A stretch of 64,000 nucleotides of DNA from NCBI GenBank assembly GCA_963664305.2, contig CAXXLV010000002.1, positions 800,001-864,000 on the forward strand, in the 5' to 3' direction. The translations under genes and the position numbers were made by a program. The stretch's first letter is position 1, and the number at the start of each line of letters is the position of its first letter. Positions 29,905 through 40,200 of this stretch are shown here, one piece after another. The notes under the pieces are model-generated. The model made no database searches and was not told the origin of the DNA. It was given only the letters and a program-made list of their open reading frames with translations. This DNA comes from an uncultured Aliarcobacter sp. (GTDB lineage Bacteria > Campylobacterota > Campylobacteria > Campylobacterales > Arcobacteraceae).

Positions 29905-30023
29905 AAATAACTGTGTATTTATATATTCTATTGTATCTATTTATAGTTTACAAATCTTATAAGAACATCTATTTATTGGTATTTTTATAATATTTATATT
30001 CAGTTATATCTTTTTATAAATGT

Positions 30024-30076
30024 GATTCAAAATCCCTCGCTTCGGCGTGTCGGTTCGACTCCGACTAGCGGTACCA
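30024..30076 (+). tRNA. 3' half of tRNA-Leu(CAA), att remnant, not a complete gene
   Basis: gattCAAaatc anticodon region, long variable arm, gtcggTTCGActccgac T arm and CCA end; the 5' acceptor strand and D arm are absent. Confidence 0.85.
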
Positions 30077-30085
30077 TTTTAGTTA

Positions 30086-30676
30086 TTATTCAAATATCTT
30101 TTTTATTTCATTTAAACTTTTTTCAAGTTCATCATTTGATAAACCTTTTTCAAGTGCTCCTTCTTTAACACTACCTTCAAATGTTTTTCTAATTTCTCCA
30201 TTTGCAAATAACTTATAAACAAAATATTTATTTTGTTTGTTATCATTTATTCCTAACATGTTTATAAAAGCGCCATCAGAATCATTGATTAGAGGTATTT
30301 TAGAATCTTTATACATTTTTTCTAATTCACCATTTACAGCTATTTGTTTTATTATCCAAGGAGTATTTGATATATTTGCAATTAAAACTATATTATTTTT
30401 ATCAATTTTTTTATAAAGTTCTTTAAATACAGCCAAAGAATCATGATTTAGAACAACTAAATACTTTTCTTCTCCTTCTTTAAACAAATCTTGCATTTTT
30501 GTATATGGATTTTTTCCAAGTACATCAAAATATCTAGGAATTGATTCTATTGTCATATTTTGATTTTCATTAATTCTATTTACATTTTTTGGAGCAGTTA
30601 AATAAACTAAAATTCCAAATCCAACTATTCCTAAAATAACAATTTTTACTATATTTTTCATATTTCCTCTTATCAT
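30086..30676 (-). CDS. Hypothetical membrane-anchored protein
   Basis: N-terminal TM; in an operon with the upstream oxidoreductase. Confidence 0.7.
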   Translation of the reverse strand: MIRGNMKNIVKIVILGIVGFGILVYLTAPKNVNRINENQNMTIESIPRYFDVLGKNPYTKMQDLFKEGEEKYLVVLNHDSLAVFKELYKKIDKNNIVLIANISNTPWIIKQIAVNGELEKMYKDSKIPLINDSDGAFINMLGINDNKQNKYFVYKLFANGEIRKTFEGSVKEGALEKGLSNDELEKSLNEIKKIFE

Positions 30677-31833
30677 TTTTGTTTCTTAGCCCATCTTGAA
30701 AAAAGTCGATAATTTGTAATCTCATCATCCAACTTTTTATCTTTAAATATATTTTCTACTAATTCATTTGCTAGATATAAAGATAAAACAAATCCTCTTC
30801 CACCAACACCATTTAAAACAAAAAAATTATCTTTCATTATTAAATTCTCATTTTTTATATGTGTTCCATTTTTTATATGTGGAAATTTTTCTATACTTTT
30901 ATTTGAATCAACTAACTTTCCAACCATTGGAAAATAATCAACACTTGAAGCACGTGCACCAATTTTCACATCAATAACTTCAATATCTTTTAATTCTTTA
31001 ATATCATTTGCTTTTTTTAATAACTTTTCTATATCAGCTTCAATAATAATTTTTGTTTCATCATTATGTTCAATTTTATTTATATTTGCTAATTCTAAAT
31101 TGTAACTACTATTTTTCATATCTTTATCAAATCGATTATGAGTAGCACCAATTGAGACTAAATATCTTTTTTCATCAATTTTTTTACTTTTTGATAATGA
31201 ACACTCTTTATGATAATTTATATCTATTTTAGAAGAAGTTAAAATATCTATTTTTTGTCCCCAAACTGCTCTTATATCGAAATATTTTTCATCTATTAAA
31301 GATATATTTGCACCTGTTGTTAAAAAAAGATTTTTTGTTTTTATTTCATTATTTATAAACCAAAAATCTTCAATTCTTTCAATTTTTGTAACATTAAAAT
31401 TAAAAAGTTTATCTACATTTTCAGACAATCTTTTACAAACTTCATAAGGTTTTACTACACTTCCTATTGGAAAAAAATAACCTTCTTCAAATTTTTCATA
31501 TTCAAAATCCATATAAGGAACATAACTTTGAAACTTATCATCATCTTCTTTATTTTTTGGAATTCTACAAGTCCCACAATTTATCAATGTATCAGGAAAT
31601 TCTTTTTTATAATAATCTACAGAAAAGTTTAAAGCTTTTGTTACTAAATCTTTAAATTTATTTGGTTTTCCTAAAAGTGGAGATAAAAATGCTCCAGCAG
31701 CACCACTTGCACCAAATGCTACATCTTCATTTTTATCAATCAACAAAATCGAATTTGAATAATTTTTTAAAAAATGAACTAAAGAACAACCAGCAATTCC
31801 AGCACCTATAACTACATTATCAAATACTTTCAC
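30673..31833 (-). CDS. FAD-dependent oxidoreductase (similar to the MnmC oxidase domain)
   Basis: VIGAGIAG, GASG, IGATH, ARASSVDYFPMVG and GVGGRGF motifs. Confidence 0.8.
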   Translation of the reverse strand: MKVFDNVVIGAGIAGCSLVHFLKNYSNSILLIDKNEDVAFGASGAAGAFLSPLLGKPNKFKDLVTKALNFSVDYYKKEFPDTLINCGTCRIPKNKEDDDKFQSYVPYMDFEYEKFEEGYFFPIGSVVKPYEVCKRLSENVDKLFNFNVTKIERIEDFWFINNEIKTKNLFLTTGANISLIDEKYFDIRAVWGQKIDILTSSKIDINYHKECSLSKSKKIDEKRYLVSIGATHNRFDKDMKNSSYNLELANINKIEHNDETKIIIEADIEKLLKKANDIKELKDIEVIDVKIGARASSVDYFPMVGKLVDSNKSIEKFPHIKNGTHIKNENLIMKDNFFVLNGVGGRGFVLSLYLANELVENIFKDKKLDDEITNYRLFSRWAKKQK

Positions 31834-32144
31834 TTGTCATCCAAAAGTTGGTAGTTTGGTCGAAAATATGCTCTTCCACCTTTTAAGCTAATACATCTAT
31901 ATTTTGGAAACTTTTTTTTATAATACTCTAATCTCTCTTTTGTAGACTTTCCCGTATCACAATAAAAGACAAAAACAGTACCCTCTTCGTATAAATCCAT
32001 TTCATAAGGATTATAAGTTATTGTTTCGATAGTTTCTAAAGGTTTTAATATTGTATCAACAACTACAACTTTAACACCCTCTTTTTCTAATATTTTTTTA
32101 TTTTTATATAACTCAACTTGAGTCCATTCATCTTTAGAAAACAT
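31830..32144 (-). CDS. Small rhodanese-like protein
   Basis: FVFYCDTGKS...SLKGG pattern. Confidence 0.55.
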   Translation of the reverse strand: MFSKDEWTQVELYKNKKILEKEGVKVVVVDTILKPLETIETITYNPYEMDLYEEGTVFVFYCDTGKSTKERLEYYKKKFPKYRCISLKGGRAYFRPNYQLLDDK

Positions 32145-32258
32145 TTTAATAATTTCCTTTTTGTAAAAACTAATCTTAGTATATTCCCTATTAAATAAAA
32201 GTAATTCTTATTCTATTTTAGATAAAATAACGAACAATAAGATAATAGGAAATAATTA

Positions 32259-32639
32259 ATGAAAATATTGGTTACTGATGATTCAAAAATGGCAAGAAAA
32301 ATGGTTATTAAAACTTTAAAAGATTCAACGAAAAAAGAGTTGGAAATATTTGAAGCCCAAAATGGTCAAGAAGCACTTGATTTATACAAAGAATTATCTC
32401 CCAAAATTGTTTTTCTTGATTTAACTATGCCTATAATGGATGGATTTACAGCCTTAGAAAAAATTAAAGAATTTGATAAAAATGCAAAAGTAGTAATAGT
32501 TTCTGCAGATATACAAAAAATTTCAATGGATAGAGTTTTAGCTCTTGGTGCGTTTAATTTTGTAAAAAAACCTATTGATATATCAAAAATGCAACAAATT
32601 CTTAAAAAACTAGATGAATTGGAACATGATGGAATCTAA
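32259..32639 (+). CDS. Single-domain response regulator (CheY-like)
   Basis: ILVTDD, FLDLTMP.MDG and KKP motifs. Confidence 0.9.
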   Translation: MKILVTDDSKMARKMVIKTLKDSTKKELEIFEAQNGQEALDLYKELSPKIVFLDLTMPIMDGFTALEKIKEFDKNAKVVIVSADIQKISMDRVLALGAFNFVKKPIDISKMQQILKKLDELEHDGI

Positions 32640-33246
32640 AATAAATTTAACAGAAGATGAAAAAGATTGTCTACAAGAACTTATGAATGTAGCATATGGT
32701 AGTGCAACAGCTGCAATAACTGAGATATTAAATGCATTTGCAAAATTATCTATTCCGAAAATTCAAATAATAAATGCTAGTGAATTAAAATCATATTTAT
32801 CAAAAGAGTTAAATCTTGAAGAAGCTCACTTGGTAGCACTTCAACAAATAAATGGAACAATTAGTGGCGAAAATATGTTTGTTATTGATAAAAAATCAGC
32901 AAGAAACATTGCCTGTAAATTTGGTTTAGATGAAGATGAAATAGATGATGATGAAGTTGCTGATATCGTTTTAGAAATCACAAATATTTTATCATCATCA
33001 ACTATTAGTAAATTAGCTGAAGATATTGATACAAATGTATCTTTTTCAGCACCATCTATAAAAACTTTAACATCAATAAATCAATTAAATAATTTATTTA
33101 TTAGCAAATATGAAAAAGTAATCATTATTTCAACTCAACTAATTTTTGAAGACTTAAATATTCAAGCTGAATTATTTATTTTTACAACTGATAATTCAAT
33201 TTTATATATAAAAGAAAAACTAAATAAAATATTGGATGAACTTTGA
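32629..33246 (+). CDS. CheC-family phosphatase
   Basis: DCLQELMNVAYG and LEITNIL repeats. Confidence 0.8.
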   Translation: MESKINLTEDEKDCLQELMNVAYGSATAAITEILNAFAKLSIPKIQIINASELKSYLSKELNLEEAHLVALQQINGTISGENMFVIDKKSARNIACKFGLDEDEIDDDEVADIVLEITNILSSSTISKLAEDIDTNVSFSAPSIKTLTSINQLNNLFISKYEKVIIISTQLIFEDLNIQAELFIFTTDNSILYIKEKLNKILDEL

Positions 33247-34736
33247 AATTAGATAGTAGTAAATTTGATATTATTTGTAATACTGTAGATAATGGAATTA
33301 TTTTAATAAATAAAAATTTGGAAGTTCAATTTTGGAATAAATGGTTAGAAATTAGAACAGGTATTAGTTCTAATGAAATTATTAATAAAAAACTTATTGA
33401 TTTTTATCCAAATATTGATGAAAAAAAATTGGCAAGAAAAATTTCTACAGCTTTAAAATTAAATTCATCAACATTTTATACTCCTCAAATTAGTAAATTT
33501 TTAGTAAATATTGAATTAGGGAAAGTTACAGATAAAGTTTTTGATAATATGCAACAAAGTATTACAATAACTCCTTTAGATATTGAAAATGAGCTTGTAA
33601 TTATCTATATTTATGATGTTACGATGCTTTGTGAAATCAACTTTAAATTAAAAGAAATAAAAGAAAAAGTTGAAGAAAAAAATGAAGAATTAAATCTTTT
33701 ATTTGATACAACAATGGAAGCAATAATCTTATTTAAAGATGATAAAGTTGTTGATTGTAACAAAGTTGCTGTTGAACTACTAAACTATTCAACAAAATAT
33801 GATTTAATAAATAAAAATTTTCATGATTTAATTCATAGTAAAAGAATATTAGACAAAATACATGATAGACCACTTGAAACAACTATTTTAAGAAATAATC
33901 ATGATTCATTTAAGGCTTTAATTAATATAAAAGATACAATTATAAATTCTCAAATATTTAAAATTTTAACAATTGTAGATATAAGTGAAATAAAAAGAAA
34001 AGAGAATCTTCTAGCTGAACAATCAAAACTTGCTGCAATGGGAGAGATGATTGGAAATATTGCCCATCAATGGAGACAACCTTTAAATATTATTTCAATT
34101 ACTGCATCTAGTACTAAATTAAAAAAAGAGATTGGTTTATTAACTGATAAAATTTTATTGGATTCATTAAAATTAATTTCTGACACAACTGAACATTTAT
34201 CTAATACAATAGATGTATTTAAAGATTTCCTAAAAGAAGATAAAGAAAAATCTTTATTTAATTTGACTCAAAATATTCAAAATAATATTGCTTTAATTGA
34301 AACTATTTTGAATGAAAATAAAATTAGAATAGATTTAGATTTAGATGATGAAATATATTTATTTAACTTCTCAAATGAGTTTAGCCAAGCTTTAATTAAT
34401 ATTTTAAATAATGCTAGTGATGCAATTAGTTCTAAACTAAAACAAGATGAATTAAGACTAATAAAAATTTCAACAAAACAAATCAAAGATTCTGTTGAAA
34501 TAACTATTTTAGATAATGCTGGTGGAATAGAAAAAGATATAATTGAAAAAATATTTGAGCCTTATTTTACTACAAAACATAAGTTCCAAGGTACAGGTTT
34601 AGGTTTATATATGACTCATAAAATTATAAAAATGAGTATGAAAGGTAAAATTTCTGTTTCTAATAAAGAATTTATTTATGAAGATAAACAATATATTGGT
34701 GCAGAATTTAAAATCACTCTTCAAAGTAATACTTGA
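33243..34736 (+). CDS. PAS-domain sensor histidine kinase
   Basis: IAHQWRQPL H-box, N box, DNAGG and GTGLGL. Confidence 0.92.
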   Translation: MKLDSSKFDIICNTVDNGIILINKNLEVQFWNKWLEIRTGISSNEIINKKLIDFYPNIDEKKLARKISTALKLNSSTFYTPQISKFLVNIELGKVTDKVFDNMQQSITITPLDIENELVIIYIYDVTMLCEINFKLKEIKEKVEEKNEELNLLFDTTMEAIILFKDDKVVDCNKVAVELLNYSTKYDLINKNFHDLIHSKRILDKIHDRPLETTILRNNHDSFKALINIKDTIINSQIFKILTIVDISEIKRKENLLAEQSKLAAMGEMIGNIAHQWRQPLNIISITASSTKLKKEIGLLTDKILLDSLKLISDTTEHLSNTIDVFKDFLKEDKEKSLFNLTQNIQNNIALIETILNENKIRIDLDLDDEIYLFNFSNEFSQALINILNNASDAISSKLKQDELRLIKISTKQIKDSVEITILDNAGGIEKDIIEKIFEPYFTTKHKFQGTGLGLYMTHKIIKMSMKGKISVSNKEFIYEDKQYIGAEFKITLQSNT

Positions 34737-34766
34737 TTGACATTGACTCAACCTTTGTGATATAAT
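34732..34766 (+). promoter_or_regulatory. HspR operator (HAIR) and extended -10 promoter of cbpA-hspR
   Basis: CTTGATT-N7-ACTCAAC against consensus CTTGAGT-N7-ACTCAAG, followed by TGaTATAAT. Confidence 0.75.
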
Positions 34767-34812
34767 TCTATTCTAAAAATAAAATTTTTAATAAATATGA
34801 ATAGGATATAAA

Positions 34813-35682
34813 ATGGCAAAAAGTTTATATGAAACATTAGAAGTAAATGAAAATGCTAGTGCTGAAGAGATAAAAAAAGCATATAGAAAACTAGCAAGAA
34901 AATACCATCCCGATGTAAATAAAGATCCTGGAGCAGAAGAAAAATTTAAAGAAATCAATGCTGCTTATGAAGTTTTAAGTAATCCAGAGAAAAAACAACA
35001 ATACGACCAATATGGTGATTCTATGTTTGGTGGACAAAATTTCCAAGATTTTGCAAGAGCTCAAGGTTCAAATGTAGATTTAGATGAAATTTTGAGACAA
35101 ATGTTTGGTGGAGCTGGAGGTTTTGGAGGTTCTGGATTCTCAAGAGGAGGATTTGGTGGATTTGGAGGTTTTAGTGAACCTGACTTAGATACAAATGCAC
35201 AAATTACTATTCCTTTTGATGTTGCTATTCTTGGAGGAAAACAACATATCAGTTTAAATAATGATTCTTTTGATGTGAAAATTCCTGAAGGAATTGAAGA
35301 TGGTCAAAAAATTAGAGCAAAAGGAAGAGGAAAATCATATCAAGGTCAAAAAGGTGATTTAATCCTAAAAATAAATGTTGCTCAAAGTCCTGAATATACA
35401 AGAGAAGGTGATACTTTAACTAAATATTTTGATTTACCTTTAAAAACTGCATTATTTGGTGGAAAAATTGAAATAAAAACTATACACAAAAATATTACAT
35501 TAAAAGTTCCAGAAAATACAAAACAAAATCAAAGATTTAGAGTAAAAGAACTTGGGGCTTTAAATAGAAAAACAGGAAATAAAGGTGATTTATATCTAAA
35601 AGCAAACATAGTTTTACCAAGAATTGAAGATTTAGATTCAGAATTAGTAAAAATGTTGGAAGCAAAGCTTCCTGAAAAATAA
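34813..35682 (+). CDS. cbpA: DnaJ-class co-chaperone CbpA
   Basis: J domain with HPD, G/F-rich region, no zinc finger; directly upstream of hspR. Confidence 0.9.
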   Translation: MAKSLYETLEVNENASAEEIKKAYRKLARKYHPDVNKDPGAEEKFKEINAAYEVLSNPEKKQQYDQYGDSMFGGQNFQDFARAQGSNVDLDEILRQMFGGAGGFGGSGFSRGGFGGFGGFSEPDLDTNAQITIPFDVAILGGKQHISLNNDSFDVKIPEGIEDGQKIRAKGRGKSYQGQKGDLILKINVAQSPEYTREGDTLTKYFDLPLKTALFGGKIEIKTIHKNITLKVPENTKQNQRFRVKELGALNRKTGNKGDLYLKANIVLPRIEDLDSELVKMLEAKLPEK

Positions 35683-35694
35683 AAAGGATTTTTC

Positions 35695-36075
35695 ATGGAA
35701 ACAAATAGCTATATTGAACCTGTATATTTAATTTCAGCAGTTGCTGAAATATTAAATATTCATCCTCAAACATTAAGACAATATGAAAGAGAAGGTCTTA
35801 TAAAACCTTCAAGAACAAATGGGAAAATAAGACTATATTCACAAAAAGATATTGACCATATAAAATATGTTCTTACTCTTACAAGAGAACTTGGTGTAAA
35901 TCTAGCTGGTGTTGATATTATTTTACAATTAAATAAAAAAATTGAAGAGTTAGAAAAAGATGTTTATGTCTATAAAAGTAAAATAAAAAGCATAAATTCT
36001 CTTTCTGTCGTACCTGACACAAAAGCTTTAGTAGTTCAAAAAACCACTTTTGATATGGTTATTGTTAAGAAATAG
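35695..36075 (+). CDS. hspR: Heat-shock repressor HspR (MerR family)
   Basis: PVYLISAVAEILNIHPQTLRQYEREGL and LGVNLAGV motifs. Confidence 0.93.
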   Translation: METNSYIEPVYLISAVAEILNIHPQTLRQYEREGLIKPSRTNGKIRLYSQKDIDHIKYVLTLTRELGVNLAGVDIILQLNKKIEELEKDVYVYKSKIKSINSLSVVPDTKALVVQKTTFDMVIVKK

Positions 36076-36095
36076 CTATCAATAGCTATTTCTTA
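36068..36095. terminator. Bidirectional terminator hairpin
   Basis: aagaaatagcta-tcaa-tagctatttctt between convergent genes. Confidence 0.65.
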
Positions 36096-36686
36096 TGAAA
36101 ATCTTAATATGAATGCCAATCGATTAGAAACATTAAATTTTTCATAAATACTCTTTGTATGAGCCTTTACAGTACGAATAGAAATATTTAATTTTTCTGA
36201 AATAAAAGAATAAGGTAATTTTTCTAAAACAAGTAAAGCAACCTCTTTTTCTCTATCTGTTAGTATATTTAATCTTTCATCAACATTTTTTAACTCTTTT
36301 GGTAAAGTCATATTTGATACTAATATATTTATAAATTCAGGATATAACCATATATTACCTGCTTTTACACTATCAATTACATCTTTTAAATGTATATCGT
36401 TTATCATCATATTTGCATATGCTTTTATTCCCATCGAAATAAAATTTCTTCCTTTTTCAAAGGTAGGAACAGGATCTAAAATAATGATATTTACATCTTT
36501 TTGATTAACTTCATCAATCAATTTTAAATTAGATTCTTTTTCAAAATTTATATTTGAAATAATCATTATATCACCACTTTTTATCAAAAAAAACTGACTA
36601 TTATCAATGATTTTATAATCATAATTTTTCAATGAATTATTATATCTATCAATTAAATTTAAATCATTTCCGTAAATATAGATCAT
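36093..36686 (-). CDS. LuxR-family regulator with a degenerate receiver domain
   Basis: LTDREKEV...ISIRTVKAH HTH. Confidence 0.85.
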   Translation of the reverse strand: MIYIYGNDLNLIDRYNNSLKNYDYKIIDNSQFFLIKSGDIMIISNINFEKESNLKLIDEVNQKDVNIIILDPVPTFEKGRNFISMGIKAYANMMINDIHLKDVIDSVKAGNIWLYPEFINILVSNMTLPKELKNVDERLNILTDREKEVALLVLEKLPYSFISEKLNISIRTVKAHTKSIYEKFNVSNRLAFILRFS

Positions 36687-36690
36687 TTTG

Positions 36691-38025
36691 TCACCTTTCT
36701 GTAAAAGTGTATTGTTTTGCCCTAAATATTGGTTTCATTATGTAGTCAAATACTGTTTTCTTTCCTGTTAAAATATCTACATTTACAACCATTCCAGGAA
36801 TAATTGGTAATTTTTGATTACCCTTTTCAAGATGACTATTTTGAGTTTGAATATTTATATTATAAAAACTCTCTTTTTTATTTTCATCCATTTCAGTATC
36901 TGGACTAATTTTTATAACTCGTCCTTCAAGTCCACCATAAATAGCATAATCATAAGCAGTAAATTTAACTTGAGCTTTTTGATCATAATGAATAAATGCT
37001 ATATCTGATGGTTTTATTTTTGTTTGAATCAATAAATTTTCACCTGTTGGTACAAGTTCAACTAAATTGTCACCAGGCTTGATTACCCCTCCAATTGTAT
37101 TAAAAAATACTTTTTGAATAATCCCATCATTTGGTGAATAAACATTTGTTCTAAAAACTTTATCTTTTAGATTATTTATATTAGCATTTATTCTTTCCAA
37201 TTCTGCACTTGATTCATTTAATTGTTCTTGTGCAGTTTTTTTAAAATTTTCTTTTGATTCAGAAATTTTATTTTTTGTCTCTTCAATTAATGATTCAATT
37301 TTAGGAATTGAAATTTTTGCTTCTGCTAATTGCATTGAAATATTATTAGCATCTCTTTTTATTTTTAATAATTCTGCTTGAGATTTTAATTTTTTAGCAA
37401 CTAATGGCTCTGCAATTCTTAACTCTTGAATAACTAAAGAGTATTCACTACTTAAATAATTTATACTACTTTTTGTAGAGTTCAAATCATTTATTTTTTG
37501 TTTAAGTTGTTCTTCTAAACCACTTATTTCTGAATTTAATCTATTTCTATTTAATTCAAATAGATTAATTTCTAATCGTTCATAATGTTTAAACTCTTCA
37601 GGTGCTTTATCATCTACAATAAATTCTGTTCCATCAATTTCAGCTATTAATCTTTTAACTTTTGCTTTTAATTCTAATGATTTTAAATTTGTTGCTTCAT
37701 AATCAGCTATAGATTTTTGATTATCAATTCTTAATAAGATATCACCTTTTTTTACAATATCACCTTCTTTAACAAAAATCTGTTCAAGAATTCCTCCCTC
37801 AAGATTTTGAATCATTTTATTTTCATCAAAAGAGATAACTTTACCCTCTCCTCTTACAATTTCATCGACTTCTGAAAAATATGCCCAAACAATAAATAAA
37901 AAAACTGTTACAATCCAAACCCAAAGAATAATTTTCAATTTTTTAGGACTTTTTTCTAAAATTGCTGAATTTAAACTATTCATAAATTCATAATCAGCTT
38001 CTGTGTAATTAAATTTATTTTTCAA
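36691..38025 (-). CDS. T1SS membrane fusion protein (HlyD/LapC-like)
   Basis: IQNLEGG, SPNDG, TIGGVI and PGM motifs. Confidence 0.92.
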   Translation of the reverse strand: MKNKFNYTEADYEFMNSLNSAILEKSPKKLKIILWVWIVTVFLFIVWAYFSEVDEIVRGEGKVISFDENKMIQNLEGGILEQIFVKEGDIVKKGDILLRIDNQKSIADYEATNLKSLELKAKVKRLIAEIDGTEFIVDDKAPEEFKHYERLEINLFELNRNRLNSEISGLEEQLKQKINDLNSTKSSINYLSSEYSLVIQELRIAEPLVAKKLKSQAELLKIKRDANNISMQLAEAKISIPKIESLIEETKNKISESKENFKKTAQEQLNESSAELERINANINNLKDKVFRTNVYSPNDGIIQKVFFNTIGGVIKPGDNLVELVPTGENLLIQTKIKPSDIAFIHYDQKAQVKFTAYDYAIYGGLEGRVIKISPDTEMDENKKESFYNINIQTQNSHLEKGNQKLPIIPGMVVNVDILTGKKTVFDYIMKPIFRAKQYTFTER

Positions 38026-40186
38026 TGTTATCTCCTTGAGATAAAGCCTTAATTACAGCATCTTTATCACCATATAGATATATTGTATTATTATTTAATA
38101 CTATAATTTTCTCAACAATTTGAAGAATAGGCATTTTTTGAGTAACAATAAGTAGTGTTTTATTTTTCATAAATTTATTTAAGTTACTTAAGACATTATC
38201 TTCTGTTTGCTTATCCATTGAGCTTGTTGGCTCATCAAAAAGATTAATTGGATAATCAAATAAACAGGCTCTTGAAATACCAACTGATTGAATTTGTCCA
38301 CCAGATAAGCCTTCTCCTTTTTCACCTATTTCCATATCATATCCTCTTGGATGTGCATTTGCAAAACTATCAACGCCTGCTATTTTTGCAGCCTTTAACA
38401 TTGTTTCATCATTAACAAAAGAAGCTCTAAATGTAATATTATCTCTCAATGTTCCATTAAATAAAGAAACATGCTGAGAAAGATAACTCATATTTCTTCT
38501 TATATCTGCTGGGTCTAATTGTGTGATATCAATATCATCAATTAAAATTGATCCATTCGTTGGTTCATAAAGTTTTAAAATTAATTTTAAAATTGTACTT
38601 TTACCAGTTCCTATTTTCCCTAAAATAGCAACTCTTTCTCCTGGATTTATCGTAAATGAAACATTTTTTAAAATTTCCACTTCAGTATTTGGATATTTAA
38701 AAGTAACATTTCTAAACTCAATTTTTCCATCAAAACTTTTTTTAGAAACAAAATCACTCTCTTTTGGTCTCTCTTCTGGTTTATGCATTAAATCATTCAA
38801 AATTCTATAAGAATTTGAAGCGTCTTCATAATTAGTGATTAATCCTGCTGCTTGTCCCATAGGAGCAACTGCTCTTGATGATAAAATAACAATAGCAATT
38901 AATGCTCCCATTGTTAATTCAAAATCTTTAATTAAATATACACCTGTAATAACTATTGCAATAGTATTAAATTGTATTAATAATGCTGTAAAAGATGGAA
39001 TAAATGCTGATAACATTCTAGATAAAAGACCTGTTTGAGCAATATTACCATTACTCTCTTCCCAATTCCATCTTATGTTATTATTTCCACCTAAGCTTTT
39101 TAAAGTTTCAATATTATTTAATACTTCAATTAATATTGCATTCTTTTTTGAAACTATTTCATTTATTTTTTTTATATTTCTTTGAATTGGAATTTTTAAA
39201 ATTATTGCCATAAGTAAAATTAACAATATTACAATAATAGGTATAATAACAATAATTCCTCCTAGATAATATATTACAATCAAAAAGATTATAGAAAAAG
39301 GAAGATCTATAAAAGCAACTAATGTTGCATTCGTTAAAAATCCTCTAATTACATCAAAGTTTTTTAAATTATTTGCAAAAGAACCAATTGGTTTTGGAAT
39401 TTGTTCTAACTTTAATCCTAAAACTTTTTCAAAAATTATTGATGACATAATTATGTCACTCTTTTTTGCAGCTATTTCTAGAAAATAACTTCTTATTAAT
39501 TTTAAAGAAATATCTAAAAAGTAAACTAATAATACTCCAAATGCAAAAAACCATAAAGTTTCTACAGCATTATTTGGTATAACCCTATCATAAACACTCA
39601 TTGTAAATAAAGGTGTAGCTAAAACAAAAAGGTTTATTAATATTGAAGCAAAAATAACATCAATATAAATTCCTCTTGAAATTTTTAGTGTACTCCAAAA
39701 CCAATGTTTAACAACAAAATCAGACTGATTTCTTTTATCAGAATCTACAAAATTAAAATTCTTTTTAATTAAAATTGCAAAACCTAAATATTCTTGTTTA
39801 ATAGCATCAATATCAAACCATTCTTCAACAATATCTCCAGATAATTCTGAAATAATCTTAACTTTTTTTCTATCTTCTGAAAATGAATCTACAATACAAC
39901 TATTTGAATTATTCATCAATAAAATAATTGGTAACTGTAAATTTGAGATATCATCTAAATCTTTTTTTATAAATTTAGTTTTTAATCCAGCATTTGCTGC
40001 TGCTCTTGAGAAAAGTCCTTTTGAACTATTCAAGGAGAATAATTCAGGACTTTCTTTACCTTTTTCAATAGGCAAATCATGAATTAAAGACTCCTTGGAA
40101 TAAGCCTTATTATAAAATTTTGTATATGTTACTAATGAATCAAGAAGAGAATCTAAAGTCTCTTCTTCACTTATATATTCTTTCAT
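38015..40186 (-). CDS. T1SS ABC transporter (HlyB/LapB-like)
   Basis: N-terminal C39-like region, VYDRVIP, GKIGTGKST and LSGGQ motifs. Confidence 0.92.
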   Translation of the reverse strand: MKEYISEEETLDSLLDSLVTYTKFYNKAYSKESLIHDLPIEKGKESPELFSLNSSKGLFSRAAANAGLKTKFIKKDLDDISNLQLPIILLMNNSNSCIVDSFSEDRKKVKIISELSGDIVEEWFDIDAIKQEYLGFAILIKKNFNFVDSDKRNQSDFVVKHWFWSTLKISRGIYIDVIFASILINLFVLATPLFTMSVYDRVIPNNAVETLWFFAFGVLLVYFLDISLKLIRSYFLEIAAKKSDIIMSSIIFEKVLGLKLEQIPKPIGSFANNLKNFDVIRGFLTNATLVAFIDLPFSIIFLIVIYYLGGIIVIIPIIVILLILLMAIILKIPIQRNIKKINEIVSKKNAILIEVLNNIETLKSLGGNNNIRWNWEESNGNIAQTGLLSRMLSAFIPSFTALLIQFNTIAIVITGVYLIKDFELTMGALIAIVILSSRAVAPMGQAAGLITNYEDASNSYRILNDLMHKPEERPKESDFVSKKSFDGKIEFRNVTFKYPNTEVEILKNVSFTINPGERVAILGKIGTGKSTILKLILKLYEPTNGSILIDDIDITQLDPADIRRNMSYLSQHVSLFNGTLRDNITFRASFVNDETMLKAAKIAGVDSFANAHPRGYDMEIGEKGEGLSGGQIQSVGISRACLFDYPINLFDEPTSSMDKQTEDNVLSNLNKFMKNKTLLIVTQKMPILQIVEKIIVLNNNTIYLYGDKDAVIKALSQGDNIEK

Positions 40187-40200
40187 TTAGCTCCTAATTA

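Larger units (their letters stand above)
1..30076. mobile_element. Genomic island (right part) integrated at tRNA-Leu(CAA); left end lies outside the window
   Basis: Tyrosine integrase (28579-29904) sits next to a 5'-truncated tRNA (30024-30076). Defence, toxin, recombinase and IS-remnant content lies to the left; housekeeping-type genes lie to the right. Confidence 0.8.

Noticed and set aside
30024..30076. Functional tRNA gene
   Set aside because: The 5' acceptor strand and D arm are missing.
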